A DNA stretch of 64,000 bases from Amoebidium appalachense (lineage: Eukaryota; Protista; Ichthyosporea): positions 10,534,328 to 10,598,327 of the forward strand of contig CAVNZM010000002.1 of assembly GCA_963693365.1 (NCBI GenBank), given 5' to 3'. The notes under the pieces were generated by a model that ran no database searches, was not told where the DNA came from, and worked only from the letters and a program-made list of their open reading frames with translations. Every line of letters starts with the position of its first letter. The first letter of the stretch is position 1. Of the stretch, positions 55,401 to 64,000 are shown in pieces. Both the position numbers and the translations under genes were made by a program.

Positions 55401-56577
55401 CCTCTTTCTTTTCTCTTCCTGTTTTTTCTGCCTTTTCGAGATATTATCATACACAGTATAAGTTTCTTTCTCGCTCTGGGAAAGAAATTCATGGTAAAAC
55501 TCAGTCTGCATGTGTTATGTTCAAAGGCAACACCGTACTGATCATTATCACTCTTTGGGCTCAGCTTTGGCAGGATACATTTCTCCTGCTGTGCGTATGG
55601 ATACCACCCTAATAGATAAGTCTGTATGGTGCTCTGATGTTGATATTGCATGGGGTTGTGCAGTGGCGTTGTAATTCTTGTTTCCATCGCCGTTGGTGCC
55701 ACTTTTGTGCTGAACTTTTTAATCGAAAACATGTTGATAGGTGTGAGTTTTTACGTCGCGTTTTGCCTCTTTCCCTACGGGTGTCTGCCACACTGGCTGG
55801 CAATGTGAACACTTTAGCCTTTTTGTTGAATTCTGTTGGTCGTCACATAAGTATCTCAGTGCGCACTTGTTACTGGATAACTCGTGAAGTTTTTATTGCC
55901 TCCGAAGTATGCCGTGCATACTTACATATCTTTCCGTTGAAGAAATCCAGTCAAAAGAAAAAATATCACACTTTCCGTGGAGCCAAATCATCCCACGGAT
56001 AGTTTTACATGTACTGTAACAGCTTTGCACTCTAATGTTCTGTGCCGATTCACGTGATTCTTTGAAAGATTACTTTAAAAAAATTTGTTCTATTGCAAAA
56101 ATATTAATTTTCATAATATTATTCCTGAAAGTTTCCATATTGTTGCATTAAATTCCGAATTTGACTCAAGTAAACCGTATCGCCATATTTTCTTAGTATA
56201 AGGCACCCCCCTGGCTCGGGAATGGCATTCAGTATCAGGTTTGCCATGGATAGGACTTGGCCCAGGGCGCTATATCAAAGATGTCGATGTACTGCATATG
56301 CAATGTCCTGGCCACTAGTACCTTCGTTTTTTTACTTGAGCTGTTTATCATAAATCCCTTTCCCCCGTTTCCCCTCTTTTCACTTTGTTGTTTTGTTTTC
56401 ATTTTCTATTTTTCCTTTCTCTTTTTCTTCTTTTTAAAATTTGACATCGATTCAGTCGCACACATCGATTCAAATGTCGCTTTTTATTATCTGCGAATAA
56501 ATAGTATCCTTTGCGCATCCACCCCTAAACGAGGCCATCCGTGGCCCTAGGGGCCGGGGAACACCCCCATCCATGTC

Positions 56578-57762
56578 ATGGCACATGCCTATAATCGTTT
56601 CAGAGCCTCTTTCAAAGTTCCATCTACACCCATTACTCATGTGCGACCATCAAAACATCCAGCAGATACACCTACCACAGATGCACAACCAGAAAAACAT
56701 CGCCTTAGACTAAGCGCAACACCTATTCACAATACACTACCCATTCAAAATAACAAGACACCACTCCGTAGAAACAAAATAACAACCATGCCGAAACCTT
56801 CGGTTGATACAGTACTGGCAGAACTTGCCCTCGTTAAGAAACAGCTAGATGAGCTGTTACCATTCAAGAACATGATAGAAAAACTCCAAACAGAAAATGT
56901 CCAACTCAAGCTCACCATTGATTCACTCACAGCCCAGCTAAACAGTAGTGGATCGCAAAACCCCAAAACTCATGAGCAAACATCTCGCGATGGAGACATT
57001 TTCACCCCAACACAAAACAACACAGGACCGGATGCACAGCTCCCGGCAGAGTTCCTAGAATATGCGAATTCTCGTAAAACACCCGAGCTCCGCCAAATTG
57101 CCAAGGAAACATATGCCAGCATTCTTGCAGGCAACGAGTACCGCCGCAACTCCCCTCCCAAACCGCCGGCGAAGGGGAACACCCAAGCAAACGGTGACAT
57201 CAACATCCCACCCAAATACGAGAGGGTGTATTTCAAAGTTACGCACGGCAGACGCCCACACAGGGCCATGTGGTCCATCTTCAAGGCTCTCGGCTTTCAG
57301 TGCTCTCGCATCCTTTGTCTGTCCTTCATTGGATACGACGTGTTGGAAGTAGCAGTACGGGGCGACTATAACCGTGCGTTCATCCGTGACGCGACAAAGG
57401 GGTGTGGAAGCTTCTTCAAGCACCTCCCAAGCTACGACCCATGCGCACCGGAAAACATTCAGAAAGCAGACAAAGAACGTAAAGGGTCTGCTAAGAATGT
57501 GTGCGCCACACGCTGTCGTGTACGCATCAGCAAGGCAAAAGAGTTCCTCGCAAAGTTGAAAACCAATGCTACGGGCGTGATAGACACGGACACGAAGGAA
57601 CCGATGTTTTCTGGTGAGAAACTACTCGAGCGCAAACGCCGATGCGAGATGGAAATCGAACTAATCTGCGAACTGTTCACGCTGGCGGAAGGTCGTGCAT
57701 ACGACCCCGTAAGCGACAAGTGGGAACCAACCCCACAGGCGTCGGGCCAAACCGATGCCTGA
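56578..57762 (+). CDS. LINE ORF1 protein (coiled coil plus RRM-like region), 394 aa, intact
   Basis: Intronless ORF with heptad coiled coil (VLAELALVKKQL...LTAQL), TYASIL motif and RRM-like RVYFK...LGF...RIL...LEVAV...DY. Its stop overlaps the ORF2 ATG (57755-57762). Confidence 0.75.
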   Translation: MAHAYNRFRASFKVPSTPITHVRPSKHPADTPTTDAQPEKHRLRLSATPIHNTLPIQNNKTPLRRNKITTMPKPSVDTVLAELALVKKQLDELLPFKNMIEKLQTENVQLKLTIDSLTAQLNSSGSQNPKTHEQTSRDGDIFTPTQNNTGPDAQLPAEFLEYANSRKTPELRQIAKETYASILAGNEYRRNSPPKPPAKGNTQANGDINIPPKYERVYFKVTHGRRPHRAMWSIFKALGFQCSRILCLSFIGYDVLEVAVRGDYNRAFIRDATKGCGSFFKHLPSYDPCAPENIQKADKERKGSAKNVCATRCRVRISKAKEFLAKLKTNATGVIDTDTKEPMFSGEKLLERKRRCEMEIELICELFTLAEGRAYDPVSDKWEPTPQASGQTDA

Positions 57763-58467
57763 TTTATCCTTGTTCTTCTGGGATGCTCGGACACTGGGCC
57801 CCCAAAAGGGCCTCCCCCCAGGGACACTCGACGATAAAATCAGCTACATACAACACCAGACAAACAACCACACGTTTACAGTGATTTGCGAAACACAGTT
57901 TAAAAACCACCACAAATTCAACTCTACATTGGTCGACACATCCACACACCCCGGTTATGCGAAAAACCGAGGCATTATTGTACTTGCCGCGCCACACGTG
58001 AGAGTGAAGTGCAAACCGGTAGCAAAACCGTTACGGAATTCGCGGTTTCTATAGAGTTTATTTCTAATGTTTTTTCTTTTGCATATTACCCACCATCTAT
58101 GTCGGTTGCCGAATTGACTCACGAGTTGTCACAGTTACCAATGTCCACTGTTATTTTAGGTTATTTTAACACGCGACTCCACCACACAGACACTGCAAGT
58201 GAGTGTCGGGTACCCATCTAAGCCCCCGGAGCGCGCTATCCCTTTAGCAAGGTATGTCCAAAGTCACACTGAGCGGTTCCCTCAAATATCCCATGCCCAC
58301 AACACTGACTGCGGAGTGGCCTTTTGGCCATCAACCATGTCAAAACTCTCTCTCCCTCCTAACCTCTCTATGTCATCTGACCACTCTCCTATCCTTTTCC
58401 TACCTAAGATCTCTGTTGATCTGCTCCCTCCTCCTCCTCCCACCTTTCGCCTCCGTCTATCCCAGCT
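57755..58467 (+). pseudogene. LINE ORF2 5' part (APE endonuclease), frameshifted
   Basis: FFWDARTL, VICETQ, NRGIIVL, YYPPS, VILGYFNTR and SSDHSPI motifs spread across different frames. Confidence 0.8.
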
Positions 58468-58556
58468 TCTATGAAAACTACTCCGGGACGTGTGTTGCCT
58501 CTAGGGGGACATCCCCTTGGACGAAAGTGAACCTGCAATGGTTGTAAACCACGGCA
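58468..58556 (-). repeat. Split direct repeat B2
   Basis: Identical to 59026-59114. Confidence 0.95.
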
Positions 58557-58687
58557 AGCCCCCAGTCATCAATTTATTCATCCGTGAGGTCCTTGTGCCC
58601 AAAAAACGGGGGAAGTCTTCGCCCCGTGAAAAAACAGCACGTATGTGGGGATCAATGGGGGTTGAGTGTAGGGTGTAGGTGGGTGGG

Positions 58688-59025
58688 TGAAAAAAGAAAT
58701 ATAGCTGTAAAGCTGTAGGTGCTAAACACAGAAGATGTGTTTGTTGCTTGCTGATCTGCTAAAAACTGTCGAGCTTATATACCTAAGGCTACCGAACTGA
58801 GCCAATCAAAATCGATCTAGTGTTATGTGAAATCTGATCCTGAGCCAATCAAACTCGGTCTAGTGATCTGTGGAATCTGATGTTTTGATCGGCTAATAGG
58901 TGCCCGTATGCGGGCAGCCGAACGCGAACTGCTAAAACATGAAACGAAGCCTGTTGATATCGGACACCCATCCTACGCGTTTACCCAGAAAAATATTTAT
59001 GTCAATAATTTCCACAAATAAAACC
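58688..59025 (-). repeat. Split direct repeat A2
   Basis: 337 of 338 bases identical to 62182-62519. Confidence 0.95.
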
Positions 59026-59114
59026 TCTATGAAAACTACTCCGGGACGTGTGTTGCCTCTAGGGGGACATCCCCTTGGACGAAAGTGAACCTGCAATGGT
59101 TGTAAACCACGGCA
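59026..59114 (-). repeat. Split direct repeat B1
   Basis: Identical to 58468-58556; abuts A2. Confidence 0.95.
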
Positions 59115-59142
59115 CGAGAGCAGTATGCTTGCTCCAAAGGTT

Positions 59143-60174
59143 TCACTTAAGAATAGAGGCGAATACACGTGTGGTAGTGGCAGCAATGGAGGCCGGACGA
59201 AGTCGGGTATAAATCAGGAAACAGTCGGAGGACCACCTGCCGAGTTGTTTGATCCGGGAGTCGTCGACCCCGGCCTCAGCCAGTGCTGTGGCCCCCCCTA
59301 TGCGGAGGCTGTGGCCAGCAAACCGGGAGGGTGAGAGGCCTGCCCGGGAGAGGAGGGCACGGAAGTCGGCAGAGAAAGCACCCTTGGTGTAGGGAATGCC
59401 ACCGAGACTGAACAGGGGGTCGTCGGGTTGACCGGACGTTGTATCCAGGAACTGCCGGAGGAGATGGGCTGGGGAGAAGTGGGTGAGGGGTAGGGCAGCT
59501 AGAGTGACGTTGACACCTCGGGCCTGTACATCCGTCTTGGAGGTTGGCAGGTGGAGGGTGGCATGGGACAAAGTACCGGTGGGGGTGTAGCTGAAGGTCA
59601 CGTCCTTCCGTTTAACGTGACGGGACGGGTCAAAGGAAGTCAGGGTTTTGGAGGTAAATTCCCCCGAGCGGAGGAGACCACAGAAACCGACGATGAGGGC
59701 CGTCCATAGCCGTAGATTGGCCGAGGAGGCCTTGGTGGGGCACTGGCCATGGAGTAGGCTGAGGTGGGAGGGCAGGAGGGGCTCCCTGGTGGATGATCGG
59801 GGTCGGATGTTGTGAGAAAGCTGCCATCTGCCCACCCCGCGGAGGAACCAGGCCAGAGACTTGTCGTGGGGGTAGGGAGCAGGGAGGCCCATGTCGAGGT
59901 GGAGTCTGGTGATGGCTGAATTGTAGCCGGCCAAGGAAGAGGCCTGTACCCCTCGTTGGGCACACCAGGCGAGAAAAAGCTGCACGGTGTGGGGGGAGGC
60001 CGGGAGGGAGGACCCGGCGGAGGATTGCAGCCGAGAGGCCACACAAAAATCGATGAACACTTTTTGTACCCGGGAGTAAAAGGCCCGAGAGTCGAGGTTG
60101 AGACTCAGGGCCTGGCATTCCTGCAGGGTAGTGGTGGCACGAAGCAGCTCGGCCGGAGCAAAGTGGGGGGCCAA
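59143..60174 (-). CDS. Tyrosine recombinase (DIRS/Ngaro-type), catalytic residues intact
   Basis: N-terminal core-binding region (VQLFLAW...SSLAGYNSAITRLH), R in GLLRSGEF, K in SKTD, HxxR in GHSLRIGGAT, W in GRWSS, Y in FLIYTR. No in-frame ATG at the 5' end (TTG only). Confidence 0.93.
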   Translation of the reverse strand: MAPHFAPAELLRATTTLQECQALSLNLDSRAFYSRVQKVFIDFCVASRLQSSAGSSLPASPHTVQLFLAWCAQRGVQASSLAGYNSAITRLHLDMGLPAPYPHDKSLAWFLRGVGRWQLSHNIRPRSSTREPLLPSHLSLLHGQCPTKASSANLRLWTALIVGFCGLLRSGEFTSKTLTSFDPSRHVKRKDVTFSYTPTGTLSHATLHLPTSKTDVQARGVNVTLAALPLTHFSPAHLLRQFLDTTSGQPDDPLFSLGGIPYTKGAFSADFRALLSRAGLSPSRFAGHSLRIGGATALAEAGVDDSRIKQLGRWSSDCFLIYTRLRPASIAATTTRVFASILK

Positions 60175-60229
60175 TCGGCCAGCGTTGCTCCGGAAGGGGA
60201 GATCTGGTGGGGGGGGGGGGGGGGGGTGA

Positions 60230-60410
60230 GCCCAGGGGAAGGGATAGGAACTTGTGGACCCAGAAGGGGAAGGGGCAGGGCTCCGGTTGCAGGTAAGGTC
60301 GGAGTCGTCGGGTCCGGGGAAGTTGGTTACGGAGGAGCTGCGCGGCGAATGATTGGGCTGGGTAGGGGGGCCAGCAGCTCCCGGAGGCGGGAGGTGTCAA
60401 CGTGGTGCTG
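60230..60410 (-). pseudogene. Fused remnants of pol ORF N-terminus and RNase H C-terminus
   Basis: HVDTSRLRELLAP/YPAQSFAAQLL is followed directly by RNQLPRTRRLRPYLQPEPCPFP. No YxDD RT motif anywhere between gag and YR. Confidence 0.6.
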
Positions 60411-60494
60411 GGGCAGCGAGCGGGCCTCCGGGGCTGAGCCTCGGGGGAAGGGGTGGTTAGCAAGGGTGGGGCACCCTCGGGGAGATCCCGGCAT

Positions 60495-60541
<47 letters not shown>

Positions 60542-60935
60542 CAGGGCCCCGGGGGGTTAGAGTAGGGCAGCTGGGCCCGAGGGAGGGTTTGCAGGGAGGG
60601 CAGCGGGGCAATGTGCAGGGGATGCCCGAGCACGCGCAGGTGTGGGCGTACACAGAGTTAGAAGAAGGGGGGGGGGAGGGAGTGCTAGGTGAGTGTAAGG
60701 GGGGGGGAGGCTCGTGGGATGGGGGGGGGGGGGAGTAAATTTATGTGCAGTGGCCAGAATAACGTCTTTGTGTAGGGACATTTATTCTTGGCGCGCGCGG
60801 GCGCCGTAGTTGGCCTGCGAAAATATTTTACTCAGTCCTAGCGCCCCGTTTTTTCCCGAGCTCCGTGTCCTTGGACCCGTGTAACCTAGCTCCTAGCCCC
60901 TATGTTCTATCTGTGGGTGTGGGTGTGCGTGTAGA

Positions 60936-62098
60936 CTAGGCATTGTGCTTGCAGTCTTTGCGGGGGTGTGTGCCAGAGCAGAGCGGGCACACGTGGGAGA
61001 AGGGCAGGGCTGCTTAGCGCAGGACCGACCGTTGTGGAAATTCCTGCAGTGTGTCGCGGGTAGATCCACGGGTCGGGCCGGTGGTGCCGGGCCGGGTTGC
61101 GGGCCGGGTCGGTTGGGGGTTTGTCCCCCGCCGGGCTTGTGCCGGGCGGCTCGAAACCATCCAGACCACAGCCGGGCTTGGGGTACATGGGGCAGGCCGC
61201 GCTGGGGTGGTCGGGGAAGCCGCAGCGCTGACATGCGTCCGGGATGAGCAGAGTGGGTGGCAGGAGGAGATCCTGGTGGAGTTGGGCGAGCAGGTTGGGA
61301 CACTCGATCGGAGCCCGACCCTGTTGGTGGGCAACGGTTCGGGCGTATACGTCATAGTTGTGGATCTGGGCCCACGGGTATCGGGTGCTGAGGCGAGTGA
61401 TGTGCTGAGTCCAAAGTACTTCTTTGTCCGTGGGGAGGCCGAGGTGGTGCTTGGCGGCCATGTAATGGGTCCAAGCTTGGATCCAAATGACGAGTGAACG
61501 CAAGGGAACGGGTTTGTCTTGGCGAAAAGTCTCGATGCTGCCGTCGTCGGCCATGCGCAGATGCTGACCTTTCTTGGATGGGGCCAGGAGGGCGGCGGGG
61601 GTGAACTTATACAGATCGACGAAACGATTGGCGCGCAAATCTGCCAGCACATCCGCGGGGGGAAGCGGGAGTGTGCCCGGCTGAATGTCGCCAGTGTTCT
61701 CACCTGTAACGGGGGGCACGGGCAGGGCAGGTAGATCCAGGTCAGGGCCGAGATGCAGCCCCAGGGAAACCGCCCCGGGTGCGGAGGGCGCGGCGGGGGG
61801 CGCGGGAGGGTCGCGGTTGGTGAGAGCGGCCAGGACGCCAGCCATCTGGGTGCTGATGGCGGTGAGGGCGGCAAGGACGGTGTCCTGAGAAGTCATCGGC
61901 GGGGACGGTGGGGCCTGAGGAGGGACTTCAGGAGTAGAGGGGAGAGTAGCCGGAGGGTCCGTGGTGGTATGGGCCGCTGGAGGCGCGTCAGTGCCCGCGG
62001 GAGCGTTGGTCAGCCTGTGGCGGAGGTCGCTGCGGGTCAGGCGCTTAGGTGCCGCGGTAGGGGCGGCGGCTGAGGCCTGGCGCTTTTTTCGGCGGCAT
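60936..62098 (-). CDS. Gag-like ORF1 of the Ngaro element (with single-base frameshifts)
   Basis: MPPK(fs)KRQASAAAP..., LRANRFVDLYKF, WIQAWTHYMAA, YPWAQIHNYDVYAR, CCHC knuckle CQRCGFPDHPSAAC, and C-terminal CRNFHNGRSCAKQPC(fs)FSHVCPLCSGTHPRKDC*. Confidence 0.78.
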
Positions 62099-62181
62099 GC
62101 TGACCGGCGTAGGGAAAGATAGGGAGAAGAAAAAGAAATATAGCTGTAAAGATGTAGGTGCTAAACACAGAAGATGTGTTT

Positions 62182-62519
62182 TGAAAAAAGAAATATAGCT
62201 GTAAAGCTGTAGGTGCTAAACACAGAAGATGTGTTTGTTGCTTGCTGATCTGCTAAAAACTGTCGAGCTTATATACCTAAGGCTACCGAACTGAGCCAAT
62301 CAAAATCGATCTAGTGTTATGTGAAATCTGATCCTGAGCCAATCAAACTCGGTCTAGTGATCTGTGGAATCTGATGTTTTGATCGGCTAGTAGGTGCCCG
62401 TATGCGGGCAGCCGAACGCGAACTGCTAAAACATGAAACGAAGCCTGTTGATATCGGACACCCATCCTACGCGTTTACCCAGAAAAATATTTATGTCAAT
62501 AATTTCCACAAATAAAACC
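62182..62519 (-). repeat. Split direct repeat A1 (5' end of element)
   Basis: Matches A2. A ~53-bp partial duplication of its end lies at 62130-62181. Confidence 0.95.
62269..62343 (-). promoter_or_regulatory. Putative Pol II promoter inside repeat A: two CCAAT boxes plus TATATAA
   Basis: CCAAT at 62296 and 62339 lie within a duplicated 26-bp motif. TATATAA (minus strand) at 62275-62269 is ~170 nt upstream of the gag ATG. Confidence 0.55.
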
Positions 62520-64000
62520 CAAGTCACAGTGGGGTAAAGTTGATGTATGTGTATGCTATGCAACGAAACACCCTATCTATATGCGCCTATTAGAATCTGC
62601 ACAAGCCAGACCAGATTCACATCTCGTACTAGATACATGCACTAACTTTATTGCTGATGATTTAATAGATCTCGGTGATTATGCTGTTGGTGGTAGGAAG
62701 GAATATCCCGATGCTCTCTTGTTACCAAACACCACTCCCGCTTAGACTAGGTGAGCCCCTGTCTCAAAAGGAAAGCTTGTGCCGGCTTGCTAGTATGAAT
62801 CGATTTGGCCCCCCTGCTGGTATTATTGGTGATACCACTGAAGACCCCCTCATAGACTCTGATAAGTATTTCTCGGAACTGTTTAAAGATAGGACCCCCA
62901 CTCAGAAACCTATTGTGTGGCCTGTACACCCATCTATCCCCATAGAATCGATCCTCCCCTGTTTCAGTCCCGATACCATATGGTCTGTGATATCTAGTTA
63001 TAGCTCTAGTAAGCCTTGTGGACCTGATGGACTTCCTGCCGGGTTTCTTAAAATCCTTGTTCCCTCCTACCCACAAAAGGAAAGTGATCGTGCTATTAAA
63101 CCTGATCTTACTATTATGTTAAGCTCTCTCTTTTCTTGGTGTGTTAAATGTGGACATCATGATGTCCCGTCATCTTGGTTAGATACCTTAGTGATCCCCA
63201 TAGTTAAGAAGAACTCTGAGGGCCCCATATCATCTTTTCGCCCCATCACACTAACCCAGGTTGTTCGTAGATTCTTTGAAGGTTGCTTACTTAGGTTATT
63301 TGCACATCACCAGTAGGTTTCAATCTATTCTTCACATACACCCATGCCAATCCGCTTTTCGTAAAAACAATTCATGTTATGTTCAAATAATGGCACTGCA
63401 CGATTCTATGCAAGTTGGTGCATGATATGTTGGTCTTATTGATTGGAAAACTGCTTACGATTCTGTCTCCCCTGGTCTCCTATGGGAAAAGCTTGCTGCA
63501 CGGGGTGTACCACACTGCATTGGTGTTTTGTTTAGTAGAAGCACTCTTGTCTCAAACCTATGGTAGAGCTGTGGTTAATGGGCACCTTTCATATGGTTTT
63601 GCTCGTACTAGAGGTCTCTTGCAGGGTTCATTCAGTTGCTTAGCCCCTTTTTGTTTAACCTACTAGTATTTATAGATGATTTGGCTGTCAAGATTTATGC
63701 CGTTAATGATGACCCTACTAATAACCGCCTGCACTTCCCTATGCTGATGATCTGTCCCTCCTTGCCCGTACCCCTAGACGCCTGCAAAGATTGTTCGATG
63801 TAGTGTCAGACTGGTGCAAGGCAAACCTTATGATCCTCAACATAGACAAATGTGGTGTTCTTGTACCTGATATAGCTAACAATTTACACACATTTACATT
63901 ATTACCTAAACCTGTACCTATAGTTCCAGAATACAAATATCTTGGTGTTCCGGTTAATTCTGTTGGTGTTATGTTTTCCCATATGGTCGAAAAGAGGGTA
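62520..64000 (+). pseudogene. LINE ORF2 3' part (reverse transcriptase), frameshifted and with stops
   Basis: KPCGPDGLPAGFLK, WLDTLVIPIVKK, FRPITLTQVVRRFFE, DWKTAYDSV, RTRGLLQGS, FIDDL, YADDL, NIDKCG, YKYLGV. Confidence 0.88.

Larger units (their letters stand above)
58468..62519 (-). mobile_element. Ngaro-type tyrosine-recombinase retroelement with split direct repeats (A1-gag-(deleted pol)-YR-B1-A2-spacer-B2), RT/RNase H deleted
   Basis: A repeats 62182-62519 and 58688-59025 (338 bp, 1 mismatch). B repeats 59026-59114 and 58468-58556 (89 bp, identical). B1 and A2 abut. Gag and YR ORFs are on the minus strand. No target site duplication. Confidence 0.9.
56578..64000 (+). mobile_element. Non-LTR retrotransposon (LINE, APE-RT type), decayed and interrupted, running off the window end
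   Basis: ORF1 followed by an overlapping ORF2 with APE endonuclease and RT motifs. The 5' boundary is not determined. Confidence 0.85.

Noticed and set aside
58877-58956. Possible hammerhead ribozyme in repeat A (CTGATG...stem...GAAAC)
   Set aside because: The core is CUGAUGU rather than CUGANGA, the stem overlaps the core, stems I/III and an NUH site were not found, and it lies antisense to the element. The hairpin plus CGAAA in repeat B fails for the same lack of a core.
59143-60174. Phage or bacterial integrase (contamination or prophage), or a Crypton
   Set aside because: It is embedded in split direct repeats with an upstream zinc-finger Gag and pol remnants, which points to Ngaro-type retroelement origin.
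1-64000. tRNA, rRNA or snRNA genes; alternative genetic code
   Set aside because: None recognised by eye. All genes translate with the standard code once introns are removed.

Overview
GC-rich, intron-dense eukaryotic nuclear DNA. It is probably from a unicellular relative of animals; that is an inference from animal-type flotillin, SMG5 and VPS13D together with ~55-70 nt GC-rich introns carrying CTGAC branch points. The first 52 kb hold seven spliced housekeeping genes: PIGV(+), flotillin(-), MRPL23(+), SMG5(-), mS38/AURKAIP1(-), ICT1/MRPL58(+) and a 27-kb VPS13D(+). Between and within them are (CA)n microsatellites, long poly-G/C tracts, an internally deleted pogo-type DNA transposon inserted into a satellite, and several MITEs in VPS13D introns. 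The last 7.5 kb are a decayed LINE interrupted by the most interesting element, a 4052-bp tyrosine-recombinase (Ngaro-type, split-direct-repeat) retroelement. It has near-identical A/B repeats, Gag and an intact recombinase, but its whole RT/RNase H core is deleted. Removing it exactly, with no target duplication, restores the LINE reading frame. All gene models were spliced by eye, no database searches were run, and most ORFs in the supplied track are GC-rich or repeat artefacts.
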